The notes below the pieces were generated by a model. The model worked only from the letters and a program-made list of their open reading frames with translations, was not told the origin of the DNA and did not search any database. A stretch of 64,000 nucleotides of DNA from a virus. Shown piece by piece: positions 8,913 to 18,363 of the stretch; the first letter of the stretch is position 1; each line of letters opens with the position of its first letter. The position numbers and the translations under genes are program-made. Location: IMG/VR virus record IMGVR_UViG_3300028571_000009. The stretch is one strand, 5' to 3'.

Positions 8913-9816
8913 AAATGATATCATTGAATACACCGACGTGCAATTGCCCGAAATGCTAGAATCGCAAATCATGGTGAAAACTATTCTATGCGGTATCTGT
9001 CGAAGTGACATATTTGCATACGGTGGATTTGAAGCCCCCATGCCGTTCCTAAGACAGGGTCATGAGGGACTGGGCGAAGTCGTAAAGGTCGGAAGCGAAA
9101 TAACCGATGTAAAGGTCGGAGACCTAGTAGCTACCTTCTCAGACCCGGCCTACGCTACATATTATTATGCAGGTAAGGAAGAATACGCAATAGTTCCAGA
9201 AGCTACACCAAAATACATATTACAGCCAACGGCGTGTGCTATTAATATAGCACGTCGAACAACCAGAGCATGTATTTCATTGAATCAAACATATGTACCA
9301 AAAATACTATTGATAGGCACCGGCTTTATGAGTTTGGTTATTGGGCAATATTACAATCACTTCGGTATCAAATTTGATATCGTAGGCAGTGCTAATCCTG
9401 ATAAATGGGAGAAACTCGGAGCTAAGTTAAAAACTATGCAAGAAGTTCTTGATGCGAAAGAACAGTATGATGCCGTTATTGATTTATCTTCTAAAGCAAC
9501 CAATTGGGATATTATTCCGAAGCTTCTTAAGATAGAAGGTATAATGTGTTATGCGTCTACACCATACTCACCGGTAACAACCAATTTCTTTGAACAATGC
9601 TGGAACTGTTATTCCATTATCATGCCTAGTCCGAGAAACTCAGATTTCGGTGATGTAATGCGAACTACCGCTAAGCTAATTACATTAGGTGCAATTGACC
9701 CGAGCGAGTATTGGACAGCTGGATATAAACGCAATGATATCTACTCAGTATATCAAGGATTTCAAGATGGGTCCAATAGAACTCCGGAGTACATTAGGGG
9801 ATACCTTGAGTTTTAA
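8854..9816 (+). CDS. Zn-dependent medium-chain dehydrogenase/reductase
   Basis: CGICRSD, GHEGLGEV, VKVGD, IGTGFM; no structural 4-Cys Zn loop. Confidence 0.8.
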   Translation: MQTEHTKTETGINYFHTTGKNDIIEYTDVQLPEMLESQIMVKTILCGICRSDIFAYGGFEAPMPFLRQGHEGLGEVVKVGSEITDVKVGDLVATFSDPAYATYYYAGKEEYAIVPEATPKYILQPTACAINIARRTTRACISLNQTYVPKILLIGTGFMSLVIGQYYNHFGIKFDIVGSANPDKWEKLGAKLKTMQEVLDAKEQYDAVIDLSSKATNWDIIPKLLKIEGIMCYASTPYSPVTTNFFEQCWNCYSIIMPSPRNSDFGDVMRTTAKLITLGAIDPSEYWTAGYKRNDIYSVYQGFQDGSNRTPEYIRGYLEF

Positions 9817-9817
9817 A

Positions 9818-9846
9818 TTGGAATTCTAAATAATTTTACTTATCTT
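9818..9846 (+). promoter_or_regulatory. promoter TTGG-N19-TATCTT, ATG 6 nt downstream
   Basis: Family consensus. Confidence 0.65.
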
Positions 9847-9852
9847 AATAAC

Positions 9853-10878
9853 ATGAAGTCAATATACATTGTCGATTTAGAGAGCATGGAAAGCCGTTAT
9901 ACAGTTGAATGGAAATGGCATTTGCCTGAGTTACTTAAAGAACATTTATATTCTACAAATAATGATGAATATTATGTAGAAGTTATAGAGGGTGATAATA
10001 ATATCCCTGAAGCTACTACACCGGGTGCATTTATAAATTTTGGTGGAACTAATATTTATAAATCATCACAATTAATTAAGATTGCAAAATTATTCTGTGA
10101 AGGAAAAATAGTACCCGGTAGTAAATTTCTATACACTGATGCGTGGAATCCTACTATATTACAAGTTAAGTACATGAGTGAGCTATTAGGTATTCCTGTT
10201 GAACTCCACGGAATATTTCACGCGGGTTCATACGACCCTCAAGATTTTTTAGGGAGACTAATTGGTGATAAACCCTGGGTCAGATATACAGAACGTGCTC
10301 TAATGTATTCATTAGATTATAGTTGGTTTGCGACTAAGTTCCATAAAGATATGTTTACTAATGTCTTTAATCCGTATCCAAAACATTTAATGATAGGTGG
10401 ATTGCCGTTTGAGTATTTAAAGGAGATTATCAAACCTGCACCGAAAAGAGATTTGATTTTATTTCCACATAGATTAGCACCCGAAAAACAGTTACCGGTA
10501 TTCAAAGCTTTAGCTGAAAGAATGCCCCAGTTTGAATGGGTAGTATGTCAGGAGAAAAATCTAACAAAAGAAGAGTATCATAAATTACTGGGAGAAGCTA
10601 AAATAGTATTCTCAGCAAATCTTCAAGAAACTTTGGGGATTAGTTGCTATGAAGGCGCGCTCGCTAATGCTATCCCATTAGTTCCGAACAGATTAAGTTA
10701 CACCGAAATGTATACGGATACATTTAAGTTTAAATCGGATAGTTTGGATGATATGGAAGCTAAAATATTGGATGTAATGAATTACTATCCAGATTACGTT
10801 GAAGAATTACCAAAACTAATAGATAAGCTGCAAGAGTTTTTCTGTGCAGATAAAATGCTTGCTAAATTAACTAGTTAA
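9853..10878 (+). CDS. GT-B fold glycosyltransferase (GT4-like)
   Basis: FHAGSYD, FPHRLAPEK, QETLGISCYEG (E-x7-E). Confidence 0.8.
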   Translation: MKSIYIVDLESMESRYTVEWKWHLPELLKEHLYSTNNDEYYVEVIEGDNNIPEATTPGAFINFGGTNIYKSSQLIKIAKLFCEGKIVPGSKFLYTDAWNPTILQVKYMSELLGIPVELHGIFHAGSYDPQDFLGRLIGDKPWVRYTERALMYSLDYSWFATKFHKDMFTNVFNPYPKHLMIGGLPFEYLKEIIKPAPKRDLILFPHRLAPEKQLPVFKALAERMPQFEWVVCQEKNLTKEEYHKLLGEAKIVFSANLQETLGISCYEGALANAIPLVPNRLSYTEMYTDTFKFKSDSLDDMEAKILDVMNYYPDYVEELPKLIDKLQEFFCADKMLAKLTS

Positions 10879-13454
10879 TGTCGTATACAGGTATCTACTA
10901 TGACCGAAAAACTAATGTAATAAATCTTTGGGACGATGAAAAGGGTCACCTTAAACTACCATACAATCGATACGGATATAAAAAATCAGCGAAAGGGAAG
11001 TTTACCACACTTGATGGTTGTAAGGTAGAAAAGGTTAAACAGTGGTCACACGATGACGAATCAAAAGGTTTAATGTATGAATCAGATATTCGTCCGGAAG
11101 TTCGTACATTAATTGACCTATACTATGAGAATGATGATATAGGCATCAATCACCGGGAAATGTTCCTGGATATTGAGGTGTCATCTAAAGGTGGTCATGC
11201 CACGACAAAGAATGTTAAGAATAGCATAACGGCTATTTCTTTCTACATGAAAAATCTAGATAAGTATTATGCTCTATTGTTAGACGAAGATACACGATTG
11301 GAGGATTCTGTTAATGATAATCTACAGTTACTTCGTTTTGATGATGAAGAGACATTAATTCAGAGTTTTTTAGCATTATACAGTGAATGCGCACCAACAA
11401 TTATTACGGGCTGGAATATTAATGGTTATGATATACCGTATTTGTATAATCGAATTGAGAAGGTTTTCAATATTGAATATGCTAATATATTAAGCCCGAT
11501 TGGAATTGTTGAAGTAGATAAGTATGATGGCAAGTATAAACTAGCCGGAGTTGCTTGTTTAGATTACCTACAATTATATAAACAGTATACGTATTCAGAA
11601 GAACCATCCTACACCCTAGATTCTATTTCTAAAAAAGAATTAGGTAAAGGTAAAACCGTATATGAAGGTACTTTGGATACCTTATTTGCTACAGATATAA
11701 ATAAGTTTATTGAATATAACGTTAATGACGTTCAATTAGTTTTAGAATTAGATAATAAGCTGAAATTTATTGACCTTGCAAAAGGTGTTGCACATAAGGG
11801 TCACGTTCCGTATGAAGATATTTACAAAACTACTCGATTCTTGGATGGTGCATGTTTAGTGTTCATGAAACGCCTTGGCATTATTGCCCCGAATATTAAA
11901 CGTTCTAAGAAAGTTGAAGTTGAAGACCAAACCGCAGGCGGTGGTGATTTTGAAGGCGCGTATGTTAGAGACCCGATTGTGGGTAGATATGAATGGGTAT
12001 ATGACGTGGATATGTCAGCACTATACCCGTCAGTAATTATCACGCTCAATATCAGCCCAGAAACCAAAGTTGGTCGAATTACCAATTGGGATGAAGTTCA
12101 ACCGTATTTTATATCAGGTGGTGAAGATAAAACGAACGCAGATAAGCTCATTATAATTAATAACAAGGTTAGTGATATAAAGATATCCGAATTTAGAACT
12201 TGGCTGTTAAATGAGTCCTATAGCGTTTCTAGCATAGGTGTACTGTATGATAAAGATAAAGCAGGTATAGTTCCGGCAATTCTTAAGACTTGGATGCAAG
12301 AACGTGACGATAATAGAGCTTTGGCTAAAAAATATGGTCAGGAAGGTGATATGGTTAGACGTAATTTTTATGATGGTCGACAATTGACTCTGAAAATTAT
12401 CAATAACTCATTATACGGTGCATTAGGTAATGGTGGGTTTAGATTCTATGATTTGGATAATGCTGAAAGTGTTACAATGTCAGGTCAAAGTATTCTGTTA
12501 GACCATGTAGAACCTACCGTTAATAATTGGTACGTGTCCAATATTGGCCCAGAGTATGCTAAGAATGTAATTTATATTGATACGGATAGTTCATTCGCAT
12601 CTGCAATGCCTGTTATTAAATCAATGCAGGCCAAATTAGGCCGAGAATTGACCTATGATGAAAAAGCGAGTACAACCTTCAAAACGGCAACCGCAGTAGA
12701 ATCAGCTATCAATAACGGATTCACATCGTATTCTACCAAATACTTTAATGCTCCCGAGCATGTATTAGTAATCAAACAGGAGTATGTATCTAGTGCAGCA
12801 TTCTGGCAAGCTAAGAAGCGATATGCCATGAAAATTGTGATGGAGAAAGGTGTATCCATCTCAGATATGTCTAAAGGTAAAAAGGAGTGGAAACTAGATG
12901 TTAAAGGAATGGACAGTGTTAGAAGTAACTTCCCGAAAGCATTCAGAGAATTTTTAGCGAATTTACTAATCGACATTCTAGATGGTACCCCAAAGTCTGT
13001 ATTAGATGCTAAGATATTAGCCCTTAAGGATAATATGATGGCAATGCCAATTCTAGATATTATGTTTCCAACCGGAATGAAAGAGCTGAGTAAGTATGAG
13101 TTTGATGAAAAAAATCCATTTCAACGCGGTAAAGGTACCACGGCGCACGCGAAAGCGGCCTTAAGCTATAACGCGTTGATGCTAAAATACAATATCATTC
13201 AAACTCCACACATAATGGACGGTGATAAAATTAAATGGGCATGGCTTAAATCAAACCCGTTTAGTTTAGAATCATTAGCCCTTAAAGGTGTAGAAGACCC
13301 TAAGGAGATAGTTAATATTGTTGAACAATATATCGATAGAGAATCAATATTCGAATCCGCGCTCACTAAAAAATTGCAGGCTTTGTATGATTCACTTGGA
13401 TTCGGAATGGTTCCCGAAAATAATAACATAGAAGAATTCTTTTCTTTTGGATAA
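10878..13454 (+). CDS. family B DNA polymerase
   Basis: DIEV, GWNINGYD, DMSALYPS, KIINNSLYG, YIDTDS, KKRY, KGMDSVRS. Confidence 0.95.
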   Translation: MSYTGIYYDRKTNVINLWDDEKGHLKLPYNRYGYKKSAKGKFTTLDGCKVEKVKQWSHDDESKGLMYESDIRPEVRTLIDLYYENDDIGINHREMFLDIEVSSKGGHATTKNVKNSITAISFYMKNLDKYYALLLDEDTRLEDSVNDNLQLLRFDDEETLIQSFLALYSECAPTIITGWNINGYDIPYLYNRIEKVFNIEYANILSPIGIVEVDKYDGKYKLAGVACLDYLQLYKQYTYSEEPSYTLDSISKKELGKGKTVYEGTLDTLFATDINKFIEYNVNDVQLVLELDNKLKFIDLAKGVAHKGHVPYEDIYKTTRFLDGACLVFMKRLGIIAPNIKRSKKVEVEDQTAGGGDFEGAYVRDPIVGRYEWVYDVDMSALYPSVIITLNISPETKVGRITNWDEVQPYFISGGEDKTNADKLIIINNKVSDIKISEFRTWLLNESYSVSSIGVLYDKDKAGIVPAILKTWMQERDDNRALAKKYGQEGDMVRRNFYDGRQLTLKIINNSLYGALGNGGFRFYDLDNAESVTMSGQSILLDHVEPTVNNWYVSNIGPEYAKNVIYIDTDSSFASAMPVIKSMQAKLGRELTYDEKASTTFKTATAVESAINNGFTSYSTKYFNAPEHVLVIKQEYVSSAAFWQAKKRYAMKIVMEKGVSISDMSKGKKEWKLDVKGMDSVRSNFPKAFREFLANLLIDILDGTPKSVLDAKILALKDNMMAMPILDIMFPTGMKELSKYEFDEKNPFQRGKGTTAHAKAALSYNALMLKYNIIQTPHIMDGDKIKWAWLKSNPFSLESLALKGVEDPKEIVNIVEQYIDRESIFESALTKKLQALYDSLGFGMVPENNNIEEFFSFG

Positions 13455-13482
13455 TTATCAATAGCACTAAACCGCTTGAGAT

Positions 13483-13743
13483 GTGTCTGCATGGTATCTT
13501 TGGGTGTTACTGAACTATCATTCTGTAGATACTAATAAAATAGATTTACATATTAAGAATACTCACGAATTAGTTAAACAACGTAATAATTTAGATTTAC
13601 GAATACCAATGAATAACAATTACACTTTCGAGGGTCAAATGTATAATTGGCTAGAAATTCGTGCAGGTGTCAAGTTCGTATTCCATACAAAGTCAGGGAT
13701 AACAATATCAACTCAGATTAAATTTCCTTCAATTATTCAATAA
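13483..13743 (+). CDS. hypothetical protein
   Basis: ORF filling the gap between polB and dpdL. Confidence 0.45.
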   Translation: MSAWYLWVLLNYHSVDTNKIDLHIKNTHELVKQRNNLDLRIPMNNNYTFEGQMYNWLEIRAGVKFVFHTKSGITISTQIKFPSIIQ

Positions 13744-13762
13744 ATTTCCTTATATTAGTGTT

Positions 13763-14146
13763 ATGAAACAAGAAAAGAAAGTACTTAATATGGTTACTAC
13801 CGTGGTGGTTAATCTTCAAGTGGAGGGTATACATAATTGGGCAGCGGCAAAAGAAGTATTTCCGGAAGTGTGTTTTTTATCCGACCCGCACCGGCATATA
13901 TTTCATATACAATTAAAGAAGCAGGTAACACATTCAGACCGCGACGTCGAATTTATTCTGTTCAAGCGCGATGTTCTAGAGTATTTATATAAGCAATACT
14001 ATTTTGAAACTCACCGAATTCATGATTTTGGTAGTAAAAGCTGTGAAATGATTGCAGCGGAATTATTGCAATTTTTTGATTGTACCTTTGTATCCGTATT
14101 TGAAGATGGTGAAAATGGTGCTGAAGTGTTTGTTCATGATATGTAG
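13763..14146 (+). CDS. dpdL: QueD-like T-fold protein, DpdL-type (putative CDG decarboxylase)
   Basis: LSDPHRHIF (LxxxHRHxF), SCEMIA, EDGENGA; lacks the QueD CxxxHGH motif. Confidence 0.6.
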   Translation: MKQEKKVLNMVTTVVVNLQVEGIHNWAAAKEVFPEVCFLSDPHRHIFHIQLKKQVTHSDRDVEFILFKRDVLEYLYKQYYFETHRIHDFGSKSCEMIAAELLQFFDCTFVSVFEDGENGAEVFVHDM

Positions 14147-15140
14147 ACATCCGCAACTATTTATTGTTATTGACCCAATGTGGGCGGGTGTCGGTTGGGA
14201 ACATGATTTGGAAAAAGTAATCATAGATTATCTAGCAAATCGGCCGGCAGTTATCCAAACAGTACAAACTGTTATAGGGCAAGATGCTATTAAAGCATTA
14301 TTTGACAATAATCAAGTTAAAAAGAATGCCGCGTTTCTATTTACTGAAGCCTCGTCTGATTTAGTGATACTTGTCAATAAGTTTTCAAAGCAATATAAGG
14401 TTCCGGTGTATACATTGGGATTCTGGAGACGGGGATATTCTGCTGAATACACCCATAACAGTTCGTGGGAACAGCATTGGTGGAAAGAATTCGACCGGGC
14501 ATGTTTTAAAGGCTTGGAACGTAATATATTTTCAGACGAATACTTTAAGCATATATTCACTAAACAAGTAGCAAAGAAGGGCTACCCATATAGTATAATA
14601 AAGTTTCCGATACCAGCATCTGTTATTAAGGAGCATTTATTATCTATACAACCGGTAGAGTTTAAAACGGATATGATATTGATAGATGGTGTACATTTTA
14701 ATCCTGAACAGCATAGAATGTTAGCATTACTGATGTCAGAGATGAAATTCGATAAACCAATATCAATTGTATTTGCTTATGAAAACGGTAGACCTACACG
14801 TGAACAATATGTGAAATGGTTAATGAATGCAAAGGTAGTAATCAACTTCGATGTACAAGGAAAGATTGGTGATGATGTATATGAATATTATGCGGCCAAA
14901 TGTATTCCGTTGTGTAATGCCCCAGAATTCTATGAGAATATTGTACCGGAAGAGTGGAGAATAGAAAAAGAATGGTTCGCTGATATCAGAGCATTTATTG
15001 ACGCTATGCCTATCCTTCGAAATAAGTTGTATGACGTACTTATGAATTATGATGAATTACGTCCCAAATTAGACTTTCAAGAAAAGCGGTTAAACACATT
15101 ATATTTCAACCATGAAATATTTCTTGAAAAATTCTATTAA
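14136..15140 (+). CDS. degenerate GT-B paralog of 9853-10878
   Basis: Colinear similarity to the upstream GT with catalytic motifs altered; ATG 14136 overlaps dpdL end. Confidence 0.6.
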   Translation: MICRHPQLFIVIDPMWAGVGWEHDLEKVIIDYLANRPAVIQTVQTVIGQDAIKALFDNNQVKKNAAFLFTEASSDLVILVNKFSKQYKVPVYTLGFWRRGYSAEYTHNSSWEQHWWKEFDRACFKGLERNIFSDEYFKHIFTKQVAKKGYPYSIIKFPIPASVIKEHLLSIQPVEFKTDMILIDGVHFNPEQHRMLALLMSEMKFDKPISIVFAYENGRPTREQYVKWLMNAKVVINFDVQGKIGDDVYEYYAAKCIPLCNAPEFYENIVPEEWRIEKEWFADIRAFIDAMPILRNKLYDVLMNYDELRPKLDFQEKRLNTLYFNHEIFLEKFY

Positions 15141-15183
15141 ACATGAATTAAATTAGTTATATTAATCAAAATAAATAATCAAC

Positions 15184-15897
15184 ATGAAAAAGTCAAAATT
15201 GACAAGTTTTATTGACAAGTATTTTCTAGCAGGAAATGCTGAAAGCGTTAAGCTCGTAGTGCAGAATAATAAACTGACTACCAAATTTATAACAGGTGAC
15301 CAAACCGTTATCGGCGAAGTTGAATTAGCTGATTTTGTATCGGAAGATGCTGAATTCGGTGTATATACAACCGGTCAGTTAATTAAGATGTTATCGGCAT
15401 TAGATGATGATATTGATTTGACATTCCATAGAGCAGACAGTAAAGTTTACTCATTAACGATGGATGACAAAACTACTCACGCGGATTATATGCTATCAGA
15501 CCTAACAGTAATTCAGCAAGTTCCGGCTATTAAAACCTTACCGACATTCGATGTAAAAATTGAATTGACAAAGGATTTCACTAGTAAATTCATTAAAGCA
15601 AAGAATGCCTTGCCAGATGCAGATAATTTCGCAGTGGAATCGGATGGTACCACTACAAACATTATTATCAATCACTCTAATGTGAATGCTAATAAAGTAA
15701 CGTTCAAAGCAGTTACTGCTAATGCAAGTGCGATGAGTCCGGTGTGTTTTTCGGCAAAGCTATTTAAGGAGATTCTTGAAGCTAATAAAGATTGTACCGG
15801 TTTCTTAGAAATCAGCAGTAAAGGTTTAGGTAGAGTTACTTTAGCAAATAAAGAATTTTCAACCACGTATTTTCTTGTGAAACTTTCAATCAACTAG
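15184..15897 (+). CDS. sliding clamp (gp45/beta-clamp-like)
   Basis: Size, beta-rich pattern, adjacency to clamp loader and polB. Confidence 0.7.
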   Translation: MKKSKLTSFIDKYFLAGNAESVKLVVQNNKLTTKFITGDQTVIGEVELADFVSEDAEFGVYTTGQLIKMLSALDDDIDLTFHRADSKVYSLTMDDKTTHADYMLSDLTVIQQVPAIKTLPTFDVKIELTKDFTSKFIKAKNALPDADNFAVESDGTTTNIIINHSNVNANKVTFKAVTANASAMSPVCFSAKLFKEILEANKDCTGFLEISSKGLGRVTLANKEFSTTYFLVKLSIN

Positions 15898-15898
15898 G

Positions 15899-16465
15899 AT
15901 GAATAATTGGTACGTTGGTATTGACCCTGGTAAGAGTGGTGGTCTAGCAACCATATTTGAAAATGGTGATGTCGAAGTAGAACCATTACCGTTAACTGCT
16001 GATAATGAAATTGATGTCGAGCGCTTGGCGGCGACACTACGCGGACTCTTTATACAAATACGTGACTTACGTCCGGCTGAGCCGGGAAAGATATATTGTG
16101 TTCTTGAAGACGTGCACTCTATATTCGGAATGTCTGCCAAGTCCAACTTTCAATTCGGACGCGTTTTAGGTATCTTAGAAGGTGTTCTAGGAGCTGTCGG
16201 TATTGACTTTATAAAGATTACACCAAAGGTCTGGCAGAAAGAAATATGGGCTAATACGACACCGATTTCTGCACTCACCGGGAAGAATCTTAAGAATGGT
16301 ACGCCACAAGTTAAAATAGATACTAAAGGTACATCATTAATGGTAGCGAAAGAATTATTTCCTAATGTGAACTTGTTAGCTACTAAAAGAAGTAAGGTTC
16401 CACACGACGGAATTGTGGATGCTCTACTTATTGCTGAATATTGTAAAAGAAAATTTAAGAAATAA
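15899..16465 (+). CDS. RuvC-like Holliday junction resolvase
   Basis: GIDPGKSG, VLEDV, FGRVLG, HDGIVDALLIA. Confidence 0.8.
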   Translation: MNNWYVGIDPGKSGGLATIFENGDVEVEPLPLTADNEIDVERLAATLRGLFIQIRDLRPAEPGKIYCVLEDVHSIFGMSAKSNFQFGRVLGILEGVLGAVGIDFIKITPKVWQKEIWANTTPISALTGKNLKNGTPQVKIDTKGTSLMVAKELFPNVNLLATKRSKVPHDGIVDALLIAEYCKRKFKK

Positions 16466-16467
16466 TT

Positions 16468-17394
16468 ATGTTTGGAAATGATGAACACACCCTATGGGTG
16501 GAAAGGTACCGGCCGACAAAGCTATCAGATTACATTGGTAACGATGGAATCAAAGAGAAAGTTGCAATGTATATTCAGAATGACGACGTGCCACACTTAT
16601 TACTTGCGGGAACTGCTGGTACGGGTAAAACAACGTTAGCGAAATTAATTGCTGCAAATCTAGATTGCGATTTACTATATATCAACGCGTCCGATGAAAA
16701 CTCGATTGACGTTATGAGAGATAAAGTTAAATCTTTCTCGAGCTCAATAGGATTCAGAAAATGGCGATTAGTAATTCTGGATGAAGCAGATTTTGTCACT
16801 GTTAATGGTCAAGCCGCGTTACGTAACTTGATGGAGACATTTAGTAAGAACTGTAGGTTTATTCTAACATGTAATTACATTGAGAAGATTATTGACCCAA
16901 TTCAAAGTAGATGTCAGACATTTATTGTAACCCCGCCTAGTAAGCAGGACGTTGCGGTGCACATAGCAAATATTCTACAGAAGGAGAATGTTAAGTTTAC
17001 ACCGCCTGATTTGGTTTCTATTATCAATAATGGATATCCTGATATCAGAAGAATTCTTAATGCGTGTCAGCGTCAAGTTATAGACGGGCAATTAGTAATT
17101 GATAAGCAGTCACAGATTGAAAGTGGTTATATGGAGAAGATTCTTGATATCTTAAAAGATTGTAAGGATAAGAAAAAATCATTTGCTGATATCAGACAAA
17201 TCTTGGCTGATTCGAAAGTTAGGGACTTTACTCACTTATATAAGTTCTTGTATGATAGCTTAGATATATTTGCTGTCGGGCATATTTCTGCAGTTATATT
17301 GATAATTGCGGAAGCGCAGTATAAGGACGTAAGTTGTGTAGACAAAGAAATCAACGTCGCCGCGATGTTTGTACAGTTAATGAGTGAGCTATAA
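16468..17394 (+). CDS. clamp loader AAA+ subunit (RFC small/gp44-like)
   Basis: WVERYRP, GTAGTGKTT, INASD, ILDEAD, SRC, PDIRR. Confidence 0.9.
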   Translation: MFGNDEHTLWVERYRPTKLSDYIGNDGIKEKVAMYIQNDDVPHLLLAGTAGTGKTTLAKLIAANLDCDLLYINASDENSIDVMRDKVKSFSSSIGFRKWRLVILDEADFVTVNGQAALRNLMETFSKNCRFILTCNYIEKIIDPIQSRCQTFIVTPPSKQDVAVHIANILQKENVKFTPPDLVSIINNGYPDIRRILNACQRQVIDGQLVIDKQSQIESGYMEKILDILKDCKDKKKSFADIRQILADSKVRDFTHLYKFLYDSLDIFAVGHISAVILIIAEAQYKDVSCVDKEINVAAMFVQLMSEL

Positions 17395-17475
17395 TCAATC
17401 TATAGAATTTTGGTTGATTGATAAGATATCTATTAGATGTACTGTTACCGCGTCGACGTTCTATCTACGATAAAA

Positions 17476-17504
17476 TTGGATAATTGAAATTAATTTCTTA
17501 TCTT
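17476..17504 (+). promoter_or_regulatory. promoter TTGG-N19-TATCTT, ATG 6 nt downstream
   Basis: Family consensus. Confidence 0.65.
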
Positions 17505-17510
17505 AATAAT

Positions 17511-17765
17511 ATGAAGAAAACTAACGAAGAAATAATTGAATCGTTTCGTTCCTACAAACGAACTAATACGGCAGGCTTTACAAATAAAGAACTGGCTATT
17601 TTATGTGAACAATCCGGCGTGGATGTAAAGAAATTAAACGAAGAGATTGGTGTAGTTACTGTTATGCTTATAAATAACGAGTCTGTAATATATGAGTGGG
17701 ACGTAATGCCCGCATTACAACGTACATTAACAGGAGAAAAACAGCACCCATTAGCTTGGGACTAA
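17511..17765 (+). CDS. hypothetical protein
   Basis: ATG 17511 directly behind promoter. Confidence 0.6.
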   Translation: MKKTNEEIIESFRSYKRTNTAGFTNKELAILCEQSGVDVKKLNEEIGVVTVMLINNESVIYEWDVMPALQRTLTGEKQHPLAWD

Positions 17766-17769
17766 CATT

Positions 17770-18114
17770 ATGATAAAAAACTCAACATTACATATAGGCG
17801 GAAATTCTGTTAAGGAATTCATTGGTAAGTTTATATCGGCAGTCGGTACCGCAATGGTTACATATGGTGATAAGCTCGATAAAAATAGTCAACCGATATT
17901 AGTAACAAACCCGGCAGCGAAGCTATACAACCCATTTACCCTGATAATTACATTCACAGTCGGGGCGACGGACAAATATCAATTGATTCTACAAGGTGAT
18001 TATAAGGATATGTATAAAGAAATCGCCAGGCCGGAGTGTGAAATTGATTTAGATGATAATGAATTATTCATGATTATCAATCAGCATCAAAAAGAATGGT
18101 TTAAAAAAGACTAA
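17770..18114 (+). CDS. hypothetical protein
   Basis: Packed ORF. Confidence 0.55.
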   Translation: MIKNSTLHIGGNSVKEFIGKFISAVGTAMVTYGDKLDKNSQPILVTNPAAKLYNPFTLIITFTVGATDKYQLILQGDYKDMYKEIARPECEIDLDDNELFMIINQHQKEWFKKD

Positions 18115-18116
18115 AC

Positions 18117-18362
18117 ATGAAATTTCTAACATTAATAATATTACAAGATATCATGTATAAATTATTCAAAGCGTTTCTGGTTTTCGCAGGTATAGTATTC
18201 TTGTATATATGGGCGGTACAAATATCATTAGCCTTTAAGACCGAATCGGACTATAGGTCACAGAATGTCGCCATTCAGAGAGAACGTGATTCGTTGCAGG
18301 TAGAATCTCTACGATTGCAGCTTAAGTTACAGACGTTTATAGACTCGGTAAAAATACAGTAG
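18117..18362 (+). CDS. small membrane protein
   Basis: One hydrophobic segment followed by coiled coil. Confidence 0.55.
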   Translation: MKFLTLIILQDIMYKLFKAFLVFAGIVFLYIWAVQISLAFKTESDYRSQNVAIQRERDSLQVESLRLQLKLQTFIDSVKIQ

Positions 18363-18363
18363 T

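Noticed and set aside
10878-13454. Intein or intron in the DNA polymerase
   Set aside because: 858-aa continuous ORF with normal motif spacing and no C...HN splice junction.
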